NCBI GenBank assembly: GCA_963806555.1
Contig: CAWDYR010000011.1
Coordinates: 2,424 to 66,423 of the forward strand
DNA from: an uncultured Bacteroidales bacterium
GTDB lineage: Bacteria > Bacteroidota > Bacteroidia > Bacteroidales > VadinHA17
DNA length: 64,000 bases
Direction of reading: 5' to 3'
Position numbers and translations under genes: made by a program. Positions 9,977 to 19,716 of the stretch are shown one piece after another (the first letter of the stretch is position 1; every line of letters starts with the position of its first letter). The notes under the pieces were generated by a model that saw only the letters and a program-made list of their open reading frames with translations, did no database searches and was not told the origin of the DNA.

Positions 9977-11515
9977 GTGAACAGAAAGATTAAAGAACTC
10001 CAGGAAAAACGTGAAAAGGTGTTTCTCGGAGGCGGAGAACAGGCAATTGAAAAACAGAAGGCTATGGGTAAGCGGACTGCCCGTGAACGTATTGTTGCCC
10101 TGCTGGATAAAAATTCATTTATTGAATATGATTTGTTTGTTGAGCACGATGCCCGTGATTTTGATATGGATAAAAAGTCGCTTCCAAGTGACGGAGTAAT
10201 TATAGGATCAGGAACTATCTACGGGGCACCCGTTGCAATTTTTGCACAGGATTTCACCGTGGCCGGCGGATCGCTCGGACTGATGCACTCCAGAAAAATT
10301 ACCAAAATCATGGATCATGCTCTGAAAATGAGGATCCCGCTGATCGGGATCAACGATTCGGGAGGAGCCAGGATTCAGGAAGGGGTTAACTCACTGGCAG
10401 GGTATGGGGAGATATTTTTCAGGAACACGATCTCAAGCGGAGTAATTCCACAGATCTCCGTCATACTTGGTCCGTGCGCCGGCGGTGCAGTATATTCGCC
10501 TGCCCTTATGGATTTTGTCTTTGTCGTTGATAATATATCAAAGATGTTTATCACCGGCCCTGAAGTTATCAGGACTGTTCTTGGTGAAGAGATCTCAATG
10601 GAAGACCTGGGAGGAGCAAGGGTGCATAGCGAAATAACAGGTAATGCACATTTCTTTGCAATGAGCGAGGAGGAATGCTTTGAACAGATCAAAAGGCTTA
10701 TAACATTTATCCCATGGAGCAACAGCAGAAAGGCAAAAGCTTTTGAACCCGGAGAGCCAAAGAATACATATAACATTGAAAAGATTGTCCCCGACGACCC
10801 TACATTGCCTTACGATGTCAGGGATGTTATCAGGTCGATAGTCGATAACTCCGATTTCTTTGAGATAATGGAGCTCTACGCAAAAAATATAGTAATTGGC
10901 TTTGGACGCATGGGAGGCAGGACAACAGGGTTTGTAGCAAACCAGCCGCTTGAGATGGCAGGTGTTCTGGATGTCGATTCGTCCGATAAGGCAGCAAGAT
11001 TCATCAGATATTGTGATGCTTTCAACATTCCGATTATCACCCTTGTCGACCTTCCCGGCTATCTTCCCGGGGTTGATCAGGAACATGCAGGTGTGATCCG
11101 GCATGGTGCAAAGGTACTCTATGCCTACAGCGAAGCAACTGTACCTAAGGTAACGGTTATTTTAAGGAAAGCATACGGCGGTGGATATATCGCAATGAGT
11201 TCAAGGCATTTGCGTGCAGATTTTGTATTTGCCTGGCCTACTGCTGAAATTGCGGTCATGGGACCTGAAGGGGCTGCAAATATTATTTTCAGGAAAGAAA
11301 TAATGTCGTCGGATGATCCTGACGGGATGAGAAAGCAAAAAGTAGATGAGTATAAGGCTAAGTTTGCAAATCCGTACGTTGCAGCTTCAAGAGGTTATGT
11401 GGATGCTGTTATCGAACCAAAAGAAACAAGGAAATTTCTGATGCATGCAATCGAGATGTCGGATAGCAAGCTCGTTACGATGCCTGAAAAGAAGCACGGG
11501 CTCCCTCCATTCTGA
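9977..11515 (+). CDS. Acyl-CoA carboxyltransferase (propionyl-CoA carboxylase beta / methylmalonyl-CoA decarboxylase alpha)
   Basis: QDFTVAGGSLG, NDSGGARIQEG, GPCAGGAVYSPA, RKAYGG and KKHG..PF motifs. Confidence 0.93.
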   Translation: MNRKIKELQEKREKVFLGGGEQAIEKQKAMGKRTARERIVALLDKNSFIEYDLFVEHDARDFDMDKKSLPSDGVIIGSGTIYGAPVAIFAQDFTVAGGSLGLMHSRKITKIMDHALKMRIPLIGINDSGGARIQEGVNSLAGYGEIFFRNTISSGVIPQISVILGPCAGGAVYSPALMDFVFVVDNISKMFITGPEVIRTVLGEEISMEDLGGARVHSEITGNAHFFAMSEEECFEQIKRLITFIPWSNSRKAKAFEPGEPKNTYNIEKIVPDDPTLPYDVRDVIRSIVDNSDFFEIMELYAKNIVIGFGRMGGRTTGFVANQPLEMAGVLDVDSSDKAARFIRYCDAFNIPIITLVDLPGYLPGVDQEHAGVIRHGAKVLYAYSEATVPKVTVILRKAYGGGYIAMSSRHLRADFVFAWPTAEIAVMGPEGAANIIFRKEIMSSDDPDGMRKQKVDEYKAKFANPYVAASRGYVDAVIEPKETRKFLMHAIEMSDSKLVTMPEKKHGLPPF

Positions 11516-11547
11516 TCGAACTGACCATCAAAACATATAAGACAGAA

Positions 11548-11865
11548 ATGAATAACGAAGAAAATTTTGGGATATTAAACATAAATTCAACTCTTTACAA
11601 GACCAGGCTCAGCAGGAAATTTGCCGGGAGGAAACCCTATAAACCGGCAAACCCCAAAGTTATACCCAGTTTTATTCCGGGGACTGTTCTTGACATTCTG
11701 GTAACTGAAGGGCAGGTTATTTCAGCGGGAGATGATCTTATGATACTTGATGCCATGAAGATGCAGAATAAGCTCAGGGCGGCGTCGGATGGCGTAATAA
11801 AAAAGATCTTTGTTGCAAAAGGCGATAAGGTGTCGAAGGGAAGTATTTTGATTGAGCTGGAATAA
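11548..11865 (+). CDS. Biotin carboxyl carrier protein
   Basis: Biotinyl domain with (D)AMKM lysine motif, next to the carboxyltransferase. Confidence 0.9.
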   Translation: MNNEENFGILNINSTLYKTRLSRKFAGRKPYKPANPKVIPSFIPGTVLDILVTEGQVISAGDDLMILDAMKMQNKLRAASDGVIKKIFVAKGDKVSKGSILIELE

Positions 11866-11877
11866 GACATGTACTCA

Positions 11878-12242
11878 CCCATAGCCGTCAACCTAAGGAC
11901 ATGTGATACCTATGAATAAAACTGTATGCAACTGAGTTGCAATAACTTACATTTCCCCTCCTTTTCAAGGAGGGGTGGCCGAGACTGTAGATTTTGAGGG
12001 GTTTACAATCTGCTTTCCCGGCCGGGGTGGTTAATCTATGTTTAAAGTCTATCCATTTGAATAAAGGTAATAAGAAAGACTTGGATCAACCACCCCGGCC
12101 AGACGAATTTAGTTTCTGCCCTTAAGATGATTTCACTGTCTGGCCACCCCTCCTTTAAAAGGAGGGGAAACTTATTTAATTGTATTTCAGCTAATTAAAT
12201 AATTCAAAGCCTAAAACAGGTTCTTAAATTGACGGCTATGGG
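11878..12242. mobile_element. 365-bp MITE-like element (copy 1) with TIRs and an internal palindromic doublet
   Basis: Ends CCCATAGCCGTCAACCTAAG and CTTAAATTGACGGCTATGGG (18/20 inverted match). Internal inverted doublet at 11952-12170. A close copy lies at 35093. Confidence 0.75.
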
Positions 12243-12292
12243 AAAGGGAAAGGGAAAGTGAGTTCATATGATACAGATAAAGCGGGCCAGGA

Positions 12293-13111
12293 TTAGAGTT
12301 CCCCCTTGTAAATCAAAAACCTCTTAAGGTCCTCAGGTACAATGGGTTCTTCCTTAAAGATCCCGTACACCGTTGAGCCGCTTCCTGACATTGAACTGTA
12401 GAGGGCTCCTGATTCGTATAATCTTTCTTTTAATCTGCCTGTTTCAGGGTACTTCTTAAATACTGTTTCTTCAAAGTCGTTTATCATCAGTTCTTTCCAT
12501 TCTGAAACAGGCAATTTGATTATTTCAGCAAGGCTTACCCCTGATCCGGAAGGATTGCAGTCTTCATACGCTTCCCTTGTATTCACCTGTATCCCCGGAT
12601 TCAAAAGCAATATTTTAAAACCTTCAAGAACATTGTCAAGGGGTTCCAGGATTTCTCCCCTGCCGGTGGCATAAGCCGGTTTGCTCATAATGAAGAAAGG
12701 ACAGTCGCTACCGAGTCCAAGGGCGAAAGATTTCAGTTCATCCTGACTGAGAGAGAAGCCGAAGTATTTGTTTAATGTACACAGCATGCATGCTGCATCC
12801 GATGAGCCTCCGCCAAGCCCGGCGCCTGAAGGGACAGCTTTATGCAGGTGGATCTTTAACCAGGGGATCGTAAAAGCTTCGCGAAGCCTTTTTACCGCCC
12901 TGAGGGCCAGGTTTTCCTCGCTTCTGCAGGGAAGATCAATTCCGGTTAGCGTAAAGCAGTCATGATTTGCCCCCTCCCCTCTGACCACTACCTCCATGGC
13001 ATCACAGAAAGGAACAGGATAAAAGACAGTCTCAATATCATGATATCCGTCAGTGCGCTTACCTGAAATTGTTAGTCCCAGGTTTATTTTTGCTTTTGGA
13101 AATACGACCAT
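12293..13111 (-). CDS. ispE: 4-diphosphocytidyl-2-C-methyl-D-erythritol kinase
   Basis: PKAKINLGL, DGYHDIET, PSGAGLGGGSSDAA, GSDCPFF and MSGSGS motifs. Confidence 0.96.
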   Translation of the reverse strand: MVVFPKAKINLGLTISGKRTDGYHDIETVFYPVPFCDAMEVVVRGEGANHDCFTLTGIDLPCRSEENLALRAVKRLREAFTIPWLKIHLHKAVPSGAGLGGGSSDAACMLCTLNKYFGFSLSQDELKSFALGLGSDCPFFIMSKPAYATGRGEILEPLDNVLEGFKILLLNPGIQVNTREAYEDCNPSGSGVSLAEIIKLPVSEWKELMINDFEETVFKKYPETGRLKERLYESGALYSSMSGSGSTVYGIFKEEPIVPEDLKRFLIYKGEL

Positions 13112-13251
13112 TTCCAGGTATTTATCACAAAAATACCTAATGGATTGGATTTTAGAGTCAGTGAAATGATTTTTTGTCTTTTCAACAAGTTTTAAACACA
13201 GAATGTTTGTAAGAATAGGGTTTGAATTAATTTTAAAGACAGGTTCGTGTT

Positions 13252-13259
13252 TACCTTTG
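13252..13259 (+). promoter_or_regulatory. Sigma-A -7 element for dnaB
   Basis: TACCTTTG about 60 bp upstream of the start. Confidence 0.55.
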
Positions 13260-13320
13260 GACTACCCTGGCTCGATTATCAACGCTTCATATATATCAAT
13301 AAATCAGTAACATAACATTG

Positions 13321-14844
13321 ATGGTAAGACAAAAGACAAGCACCCGGCCTGTTATCACGCAACTACCCGATTTTGGAAAGGTCCCTCCCCAGGCAATTGA
13401 CATGGAAGAGGCAGTCCTGGGTGCAATAATGCTTGAAAAGGAGGCTGTAATCACAATTCTTGACATTCTCAGGCCTGAGAGTTTTTATAAGGAAGCCCAT
13501 CAGAAGATCTTCAAATCTGTCTCTGATCTGTCGGCAAGGGAGTATCCCGTGGATCTTTACACTGTCACCGAAGAGCTCAGGGCTCATAATGAGCTGGAAA
13601 GCGTGGGAGGGCCTGTCTATCTTACACAGCTTACTGCAAAGGTAGTTTCGGCAGCCAATGTTGACTATCATGCCAGGATTGTTGCCCAGAAATATATTCA
13701 GCGTGAGCTGATAAGAGTCTCGACTGAAATACAGACCAGGTCGTTTGACGATTCGAATGATGTGACCGAACTGCTCGACTATTCAGAAAATGCACTTTTC
13801 CAGATTGCTGAAGGGAACATAAAAAGAGAGGTTTCTCCTATTAATCTGGTTATCAAGGATGCCATAAGGGAGATAGAAGAAGCAGGCAAAAGAGAAGATG
13901 CACTTGTCGGCACGCCTTCAGGTTTTACAAAGCTTGACAGGCTTACCTCAGGATGGCAGAAATCGGAACTTATAATAATTGCTGCACGTCCGTCGATGGG
14001 GAAGACTGCTTTTGCACTTTCGATGGCCAGGAATATGGCGATCGACCATGGTAAAAAGGTAGCGATTTTTTCGTGCGAGATGTCATCGATACAGCTGGTA
14101 AACAGGCTGATAATTGCAGAAACAGACATCCCGGGTGAAAAGATCAAGAACGGTCGTCTTTCGGAAGATGAGTGGAAGCAGCTTGATACCAGGATCAAGA
14201 AGCTGGTCCAGGCACCGATCTTTATTGACGATACACCGGCAATCTCAATTTTTGAGCTCAGGGCGAAATGCCGCCGTCTGATGGCTCAACACAAGCTTGA
14301 CATAGTGATAGTTGACTATCTCCAGCTTATGTCAGGACCTGAAAATGCAGGCAGCCGTGAGCAGGAAGTAAGCAATATATCAAGATCACTCAAAAGCATT
14401 GCCAAGGAACTTAATGTTCCGATACTTGCACTTTCACAGCTTAACCGTTCGGTTGAGATGAGAGGGGGAACAAAGCGGCCGCTCCTTTCCGACCTGAGGG
14501 AATCGGGCGCTATAGAACAGGATGCCGACATGGTGGTATTTATTCACCGGCAGGAGAAATTCGGAATCCCGACCTTTGAAGATGGTTCATCAACAAAAGG
14601 AATTGCAGAGATCATTCTTGCCAAAAACCGTAACGGACCTGTCGATGATGTCCGGCTCAGGTTCCGTGAAGAAAAAGCCCAGTTCGTCGATATTGATGAT
14701 TTTGATATAGAAGCCTTTGCGGATGTAAAAGAGGGCTCGCCGAGTATTACACTTGGTTCAAAGATGAATCAGGATAAACTGAGACGGCTTGGCGGCGGAT
14801 TCGACCAGGAAGCAGATATGCTGAATGAACCTCCTTTTGTTTAG
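13321..14844 (+). CDS. dnaB: Replicative DNA helicase
   Basis: AARPSMGKT (Walker A), VDYLQLM, SQLNR, SDLRESGAIEQDAD and KNRNGP motifs. No intein. Confidence 0.97.
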   Translation: MVRQKTSTRPVITQLPDFGKVPPQAIDMEEAVLGAIMLEKEAVITILDILRPESFYKEAHQKIFKSVSDLSAREYPVDLYTVTEELRAHNELESVGGPVYLTQLTAKVVSAANVDYHARIVAQKYIQRELIRVSTEIQTRSFDDSNDVTELLDYSENALFQIAEGNIKREVSPINLVIKDAIREIEEAGKREDALVGTPSGFTKLDRLTSGWQKSELIIIAARPSMGKTAFALSMARNMAIDHGKKVAIFSCEMSSIQLVNRLIIAETDIPGEKIKNGRLSEDEWKQLDTRIKKLVQAPIFIDDTPAISIFELRAKCRRLMAQHKLDIVIVDYLQLMSGPENAGSREQEVSNISRSLKSIAKELNVPILALSQLNRSVEMRGGTKRPLLSDLRESGAIEQDADMVVFIHRQEKFGIPTFEDGSSTKGIAEIILAKNRNGPVDDVRLRFREEKAQFVDIDDFDIEAFADVKEGSPSITLGSKMNQDKLRRLGGGFDQEADMLNEPPFV

Positions 14845-14846
14845 TG

Positions 14847-17574
14847 TCAGTTAAGGCGGAGGATGAATTTGACACCGAAATTTGAGTATTTCAGATCCCG
14901 GAATCCGGCGTAGACTCCTATTTCACCCAAAAAGAAAATCTCACTTAAACTGTACCCGATCTCAGTATAGGTTGTCTGAAAACGCGAAGCAAGAAAAGAA
15001 AATGACAGATTTTCACGGATCAGGGTGTTGCTGAATCCCGGTAAAAGTTTGAGAAGGATGTAGGGAGAAGTGTATTTGAGATGAGCTTCACCATAAGCTT
15101 CAGGAGTGCTGAGGGAATAATATTCCGGCAGCATGAATGCATCATCATAGTCATCTATAAGGACAATGACAGGCTGGGCATTAAAGTGAAAGAAATCAAA
15201 CCAGGGCACATAACTGTTGTCGGCAAAGGCTCCCGTCCTGATCTTCCACCTGAACTGGCTGAAGGCTCCGATATCGCGACGCCGGGATACTTCAAGCATG
15301 AACATGTCAAAGTTACGGGTCTGTTCCGGTATTGATCCGGAAATGTTAACACCATGCTTCCACGTAAACTTTAAAACAGGCCAATCTGAACCCTGCGGTA
15401 TTTTGTTTCCATTGCTGATCCGGTATTTCTGGAAAGGTGTAATTGTAACATTTGTTACAAAATCATAATGTTTCCCATCTGAAAAGTTCGCAGGTGTCAG
15501 GTATCTGTTATCGGGTATGTTATCTGTATATTCCTTTTTTGGATTGAAAATTGAAAAATCAGAGTTGTTCTCAAGCAAAATCCTGTTTTCAAAACCTGCG
15601 CTGAATTCAAGGTTAAGTCCGTTCCTGACCTCTTTTCCATAACCTATCCTCAGGTATCTGCTTTCATATAGTTTTAAATAATTCTCTTTAAATGCCAGTG
15701 AAGAGACAGTGTTTAGAAACTTGTTTATTCCGCCTGCTGTGTTTAAATCGGTACTTGTGATTCCCGAGCTGATAAAGAAACGACCGGGTTTCATACCCTC
15801 TGAAGAGTAATCTACATTCGCTCTGAGCATTAACTTTTCCCTGCTGAAGGCATAACGGATATCCGGATATAGTGAAAGTGAACTCCCGCTTTTATATCTT
15901 TTTGAGAACCTGAAGTCCATTCCATAAACGAAACCGTCGACAGTATTAAAACTCAGGTTCTTCAGGTCGAACAGACCTCCGTTTGTAAAACTGAATCCGG
16001 AAGTATCGGACCAGGTATGGCCAAATACGATATTATCAAATGTCTGTCTGAACCTGCTTCTCTTCTTTTGCCCTGAGGCGGGGATTGTATCTTCTGTTGA
16101 CTTCAGGATCCTTGAGGCTCTCCTGATGCTGTCGCCTGTTTTCAGTGTCCGCAGTTCTATCTCCGACAGGGGAATAGGCCTGATCTCAGCCCAATAGGCG
16201 CTGTCCTTTTTACCAGCATCCTTTTCGATGATATGTGTTACGTTTTCTACTATTACAAGGTTTTTTTCAAGTGAATCCGCAACACTTTTTTCAGATTCTT
16301 TCTTCATCAGGTTGGAAAGCTTTATCATATCGCGGTTTGTCATCTCCTCCTTGCTTAGGATCTTTTCAATCTGCATGGTGGTTTTTGATCTGGCAGAATC
16401 GGGGACATTATATCTTCCCTGTGATACTGAGGCCAGTTCCGATGGTTTTTGAAGGTTCGTGTTTTGTCTTACCTCCATATATTTTACAGAGCTTCCGTAT
16501 CCGGCGTCAGCCCTTATTCCCAGGATTGCGAGACCGATGTCGAACTGGTGGCTGACGGGCATCCAGATATCTTCCTCGACAGGTATGTACAATTCCCTTA
16601 CCCTTATAGTTCCGGCAAGATTTTCGTTGGTAAGGTCAACGCTGTGCAGGCACCAGAGATCATCCACTATGTAAATTGTTCCTGAAAAGAGCTGCTGGCT
16701 TTTGCGCCTTGGGATTACCTCAATCTTATCGACAACATAATTGCCCTGAAGCGAGGCTCCGAGGTATTTGAATTTATAGTATGAAAATGCCTGTGGTGAC
16801 AGGGGTGATATTGCCATATCGACAAGAACCGGTTGATAAAAGCTTGCCTGGATATAGTCCATGGGAGAGATGTCGTTTCCCTCCTCAGGGAAGGAAGTGT
16901 TGAATGAAATTACTTTCTGAACATATTTGTCAGGTGCTGTGAATTCAATTTCATTAAACGATTCCATAAGGAAGGAATCTCCCTCCTTCAATACCTTTGA
17001 ATTTTCTTCCGGTTTCCCCCCTGCCGAAACCGAAGTGTTCCTTTCGGAACTGTTCATCCTCATCGTTCTCTGAAGCAGCTTTGGGATTCTTTTTATTAAA
17101 AGATTTCCTTTGAGATAAACATTTGCCTTGTAGTAACTCACCTGGTTCAGATAGTATGGTGCAAACCCTATAGCCCTTCTCATAATTACATAGGCAGGGT
17201 CCTCACCTGAAGGCGTTATCAAAACTTCCGGAATCTCATACAACTGTTCCGGCAGGATTATGTCGCGGGTCAATGTGCTGTCTGAAAGTCCGATATTTAC
17301 AATCACCGATTCGTACCCAAGACTCTGGTAGAAAACAGTATATTTACCCGCTAGGAAGCTTTATCTCGTAATCCCCTTTTGCATTTGAAGTTGTACCCTG
17401 TTTCAGTTCCTGGATGAAAACGGTGGCGTACTGAACCGGCTGGCCCGATTTATCTGTTATCCTTCCTTTAAGGACCTGTGATTCAAGTGCGGTTGCAGTA
17501 ATCAAAGACAATAATACGACCTGGATTAAAGTCTTTGCACCGATTATCCTATGACTTGCAAATGAATGGCTCAT
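14847..17574 (-). CDS. DUF5686 family outer-membrane protein with N-terminal carboxypeptidase-regulatory-like domain (one +1 frameshift near 17350)
   Basis: N-terminal GRITDKSGQPVQYATV...GTTSNAKGDY joins GKYTVFYQSLGY in the next frame, followed by FNTVDG and a beta-rich C-terminus. Confidence 0.75.
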
Positions 17575-18246
17575 GATTTATCACCGGCAACAATAATAAC
17601 AATTTCGCCCTTCGGAGGATGTGCAGTAAAATATTCTGAAAGATATGATAAAGTGCCCCTGACATTCTCTTCAAAAACCTTTGTGAGCTCTCTGGCGACG
17701 GATGCTTCCCTGTCAGCACCTAAAACCAGAAGCAAGATCAGCCAGTGTTTTCACCAGCCTGTATGGTGATTCATAAAAGACCATTGTTCTTGGCTCTCCG
17801 GCCAGCGCTGTCAGCCTTTTGTTCCTTCCTTTTTTGGGAGGAATGAATCCCTCAAAACAAAATCTCTCACAGGGGAGACCGGAATTCACCAGAGCAGGAA
17901 TAAGCGCTGTCGGCCCGGGGAGCGTCTCCACTGACAATCCTTTTTCAAGGCAGGTTCTGACCAGCAGAAATCCGGGATCCGATATTCCGGGGGTACCTGC
18001 ATCTGATATCAGCGCTACAGTAGTACCGGAAGCTATCCTGGAGCAGATTGCTTCGACACTTTTATGCTCATTGAACATATGATGCGACTGAAGAGGAGTT
18101 ACAATACTGTAATGATTTAACAGCTTTCTTGCCTGACGTGTATCTTCGGCAAGAATAAGATCAACCTGTCCCAGCACTTCAACAGCCCTGTAGGTAATAT
18201 CCCGGAGGTTGCCGATTGGTGTTGGAACCAGGAAGAGTTTACTCAT
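17571..18246 (-). CDS. rsmI: 16S rRNA C1402 2'-O-methyltransferase (one +1 frameshift near 17725)
   Basis: LVPTPIGNL, AEDTR, SDAGTPGISDPG and FYESPYR. The C-terminal ARELTK...KGEIV lies in the shifted frame. Confidence 0.93.
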
Positions 18247-19009
18247 TGGAATGAAACTTGCGTTTCAGCAGGTCCATAAGTTGCCTTAACGCGTCGGCAT
18301 CCGTGTCGTCCCTTGTATAAGCTGTAATCAACGCAGTAGCATCGTTAATGTTTCCTGCAGAATTCAGCTTATGAATAACATCATTATACGATTCAGCATC
18401 GCCGTTGAAGATCTCCCTGATAAAAAGGAACCTGTCATTGATGCCTATCGCTTCAGAAAGATTTGAAACAGGTTTTGTTTTTAAGATATCTGAGACATCG
18501 TCTTCATGCTTAAGACTTGCAAGTTTTTCATTGAAGCTTTCGCCCATGTTGTTGAACTGGTCAGCGAGTATAGAGTTTTCCACGTGCTTCTTTACAGCCG
18601 GTTTCGGTACAATTGCCATTTCAGGGGTTATAGCCTGCATATTATGCACCTGGCTTAATTCCCGCCTGGATTCTTCAGGAGTGCTCATGGCAAAGTTAAC
18701 GACCGGTATTACTTTTTCTTCGATGAACTCTTCCTTCCTCTCTGCCCTTACAGGTTCATTTTTAACCGTTATCTCTACTTTCTTTTCAGGCATTCTTTCT
18801 TCTCTTTCCTGTTTCTCTTCCGTACCTGCATTGAGCTTTTCATGCAGATCCTTAAGCAGGGCAATGACTTCAGCCGCACTTTTACATTTCGACTTTGCAA
18901 GTTCGATCTGCAGAGCCGGAACTCCGGGATATTTTTTCAGATCATCTATAATATCCCTTACATCATGAAGATCTTTTATGATAATATCAAGGGTGGCGTT
19001 TAAATCCAT
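18239..19009 (-). CDS. Conserved Bacteroidota hypothetical protein
   Basis: 256 aa with an N-terminal helical bundle, a charged linker and C-terminal AIGINDRFLFIREIFNGD. Overlaps the rsmI start. Confidence 0.75.
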   Translation of the reverse strand: MDLNATLDIIIKDLHDVRDIIDDLKKYPGVPALQIELAKSKCKSAAEVIALLKDLHEKLNAGTEEKQEREERMPEKKVEITVKNEPVRAERKEEFIEEKVIPVVNFAMSTPEESRRELSQVHNMQAITPEMAIVPKPAVKKHVENSILADQFNNMGESFNEKLASLKHEDDVSDILKTKPVSNLSEAIGINDRFLFIREIFNGDAESYNDVIHKLNSAGNINDATALITAYTRDDTDADALRQLMDLLKRKFHSNE

Positions 19010-19125
19010 GCTGTTTGGTGTAATAATAACAAACCATTTTATTATTTTGCAAAAGTAAACATAATTCTATAAGTCATAACGGAATAAATTTACATTTAGC
19101 ATTCTCCAAACTACATTAATTCAAG

Positions 19126-19716
19126 ATGGATTTTCTTGAGAATACATTCAGGGCGAACGCCAGACGGGGATCGGTTGAGGTGATTACCGGTTCCATGTTC
19201 TCGGGGAAAACCGAAGAGTTGATAAGACGGCTTCGAAGGGCTCAGTTTGCCGGGTTAAGCGTTGAGATCTTCAAGCCATCGCTCGATAGGAGATATTCTG
19301 AAAACAGGGTTGTTTCGCATGATGAGAAATCAATTGTTTCGACCCCGGTTGACAATTCATCAGCTATAATGTTGCTGGCCGGAGGAGTTGATGTTGTCGG
19401 TATCGATGAGGCGCAGTTTTTCGATAATGCACTTGTGAATGTCTGTAACAGTCTGGCGGATAATGGAGTAAGGGTTATAGTTGCCGGTCTTGACATGGAT
19501 TTTCTGGGGAACCCTTTTGGTCCCATGCCTGCACTGCTTTCGATTGCAGAATTCATAACCAAAGTGCATGCAATCTGTGTGAGATGCGGGAATCTTGCGC
19601 AGTATTCCTTCCGGAAATCAGAAGAGGCTCAGGTAGTGTTACTTGGTGAAAAAGACAAGTATAAGCCGCTGTGCAGGCAGTGTTACAGGGAGGCATTAAA
19701 AAAAGGACAGGAATGA
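19126..19716 (+). CDS. tdk: Thymidine kinase
   Basis: [22 protein letters not shown] and Zn-binding CxxC...CxxC motifs. Confidence 0.96.
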   Translation: MDFLENTFRANARRGSVEVITGSMFSGKTEELIRRLRRAQFAGLSVEIFKPSLDRRYSENRVVSHDEKSIVSTPVDNSSAIMLLAGGVDVVGIDEAQFFDNALVNVCNSLADNGVRVIVAGLDMDFLGNPFGPMPALLSIAEFITKVHAICVRCGNLAQYSFRKSEEAQVVLLGEKDKYKPLCRQCYREALKKGQE

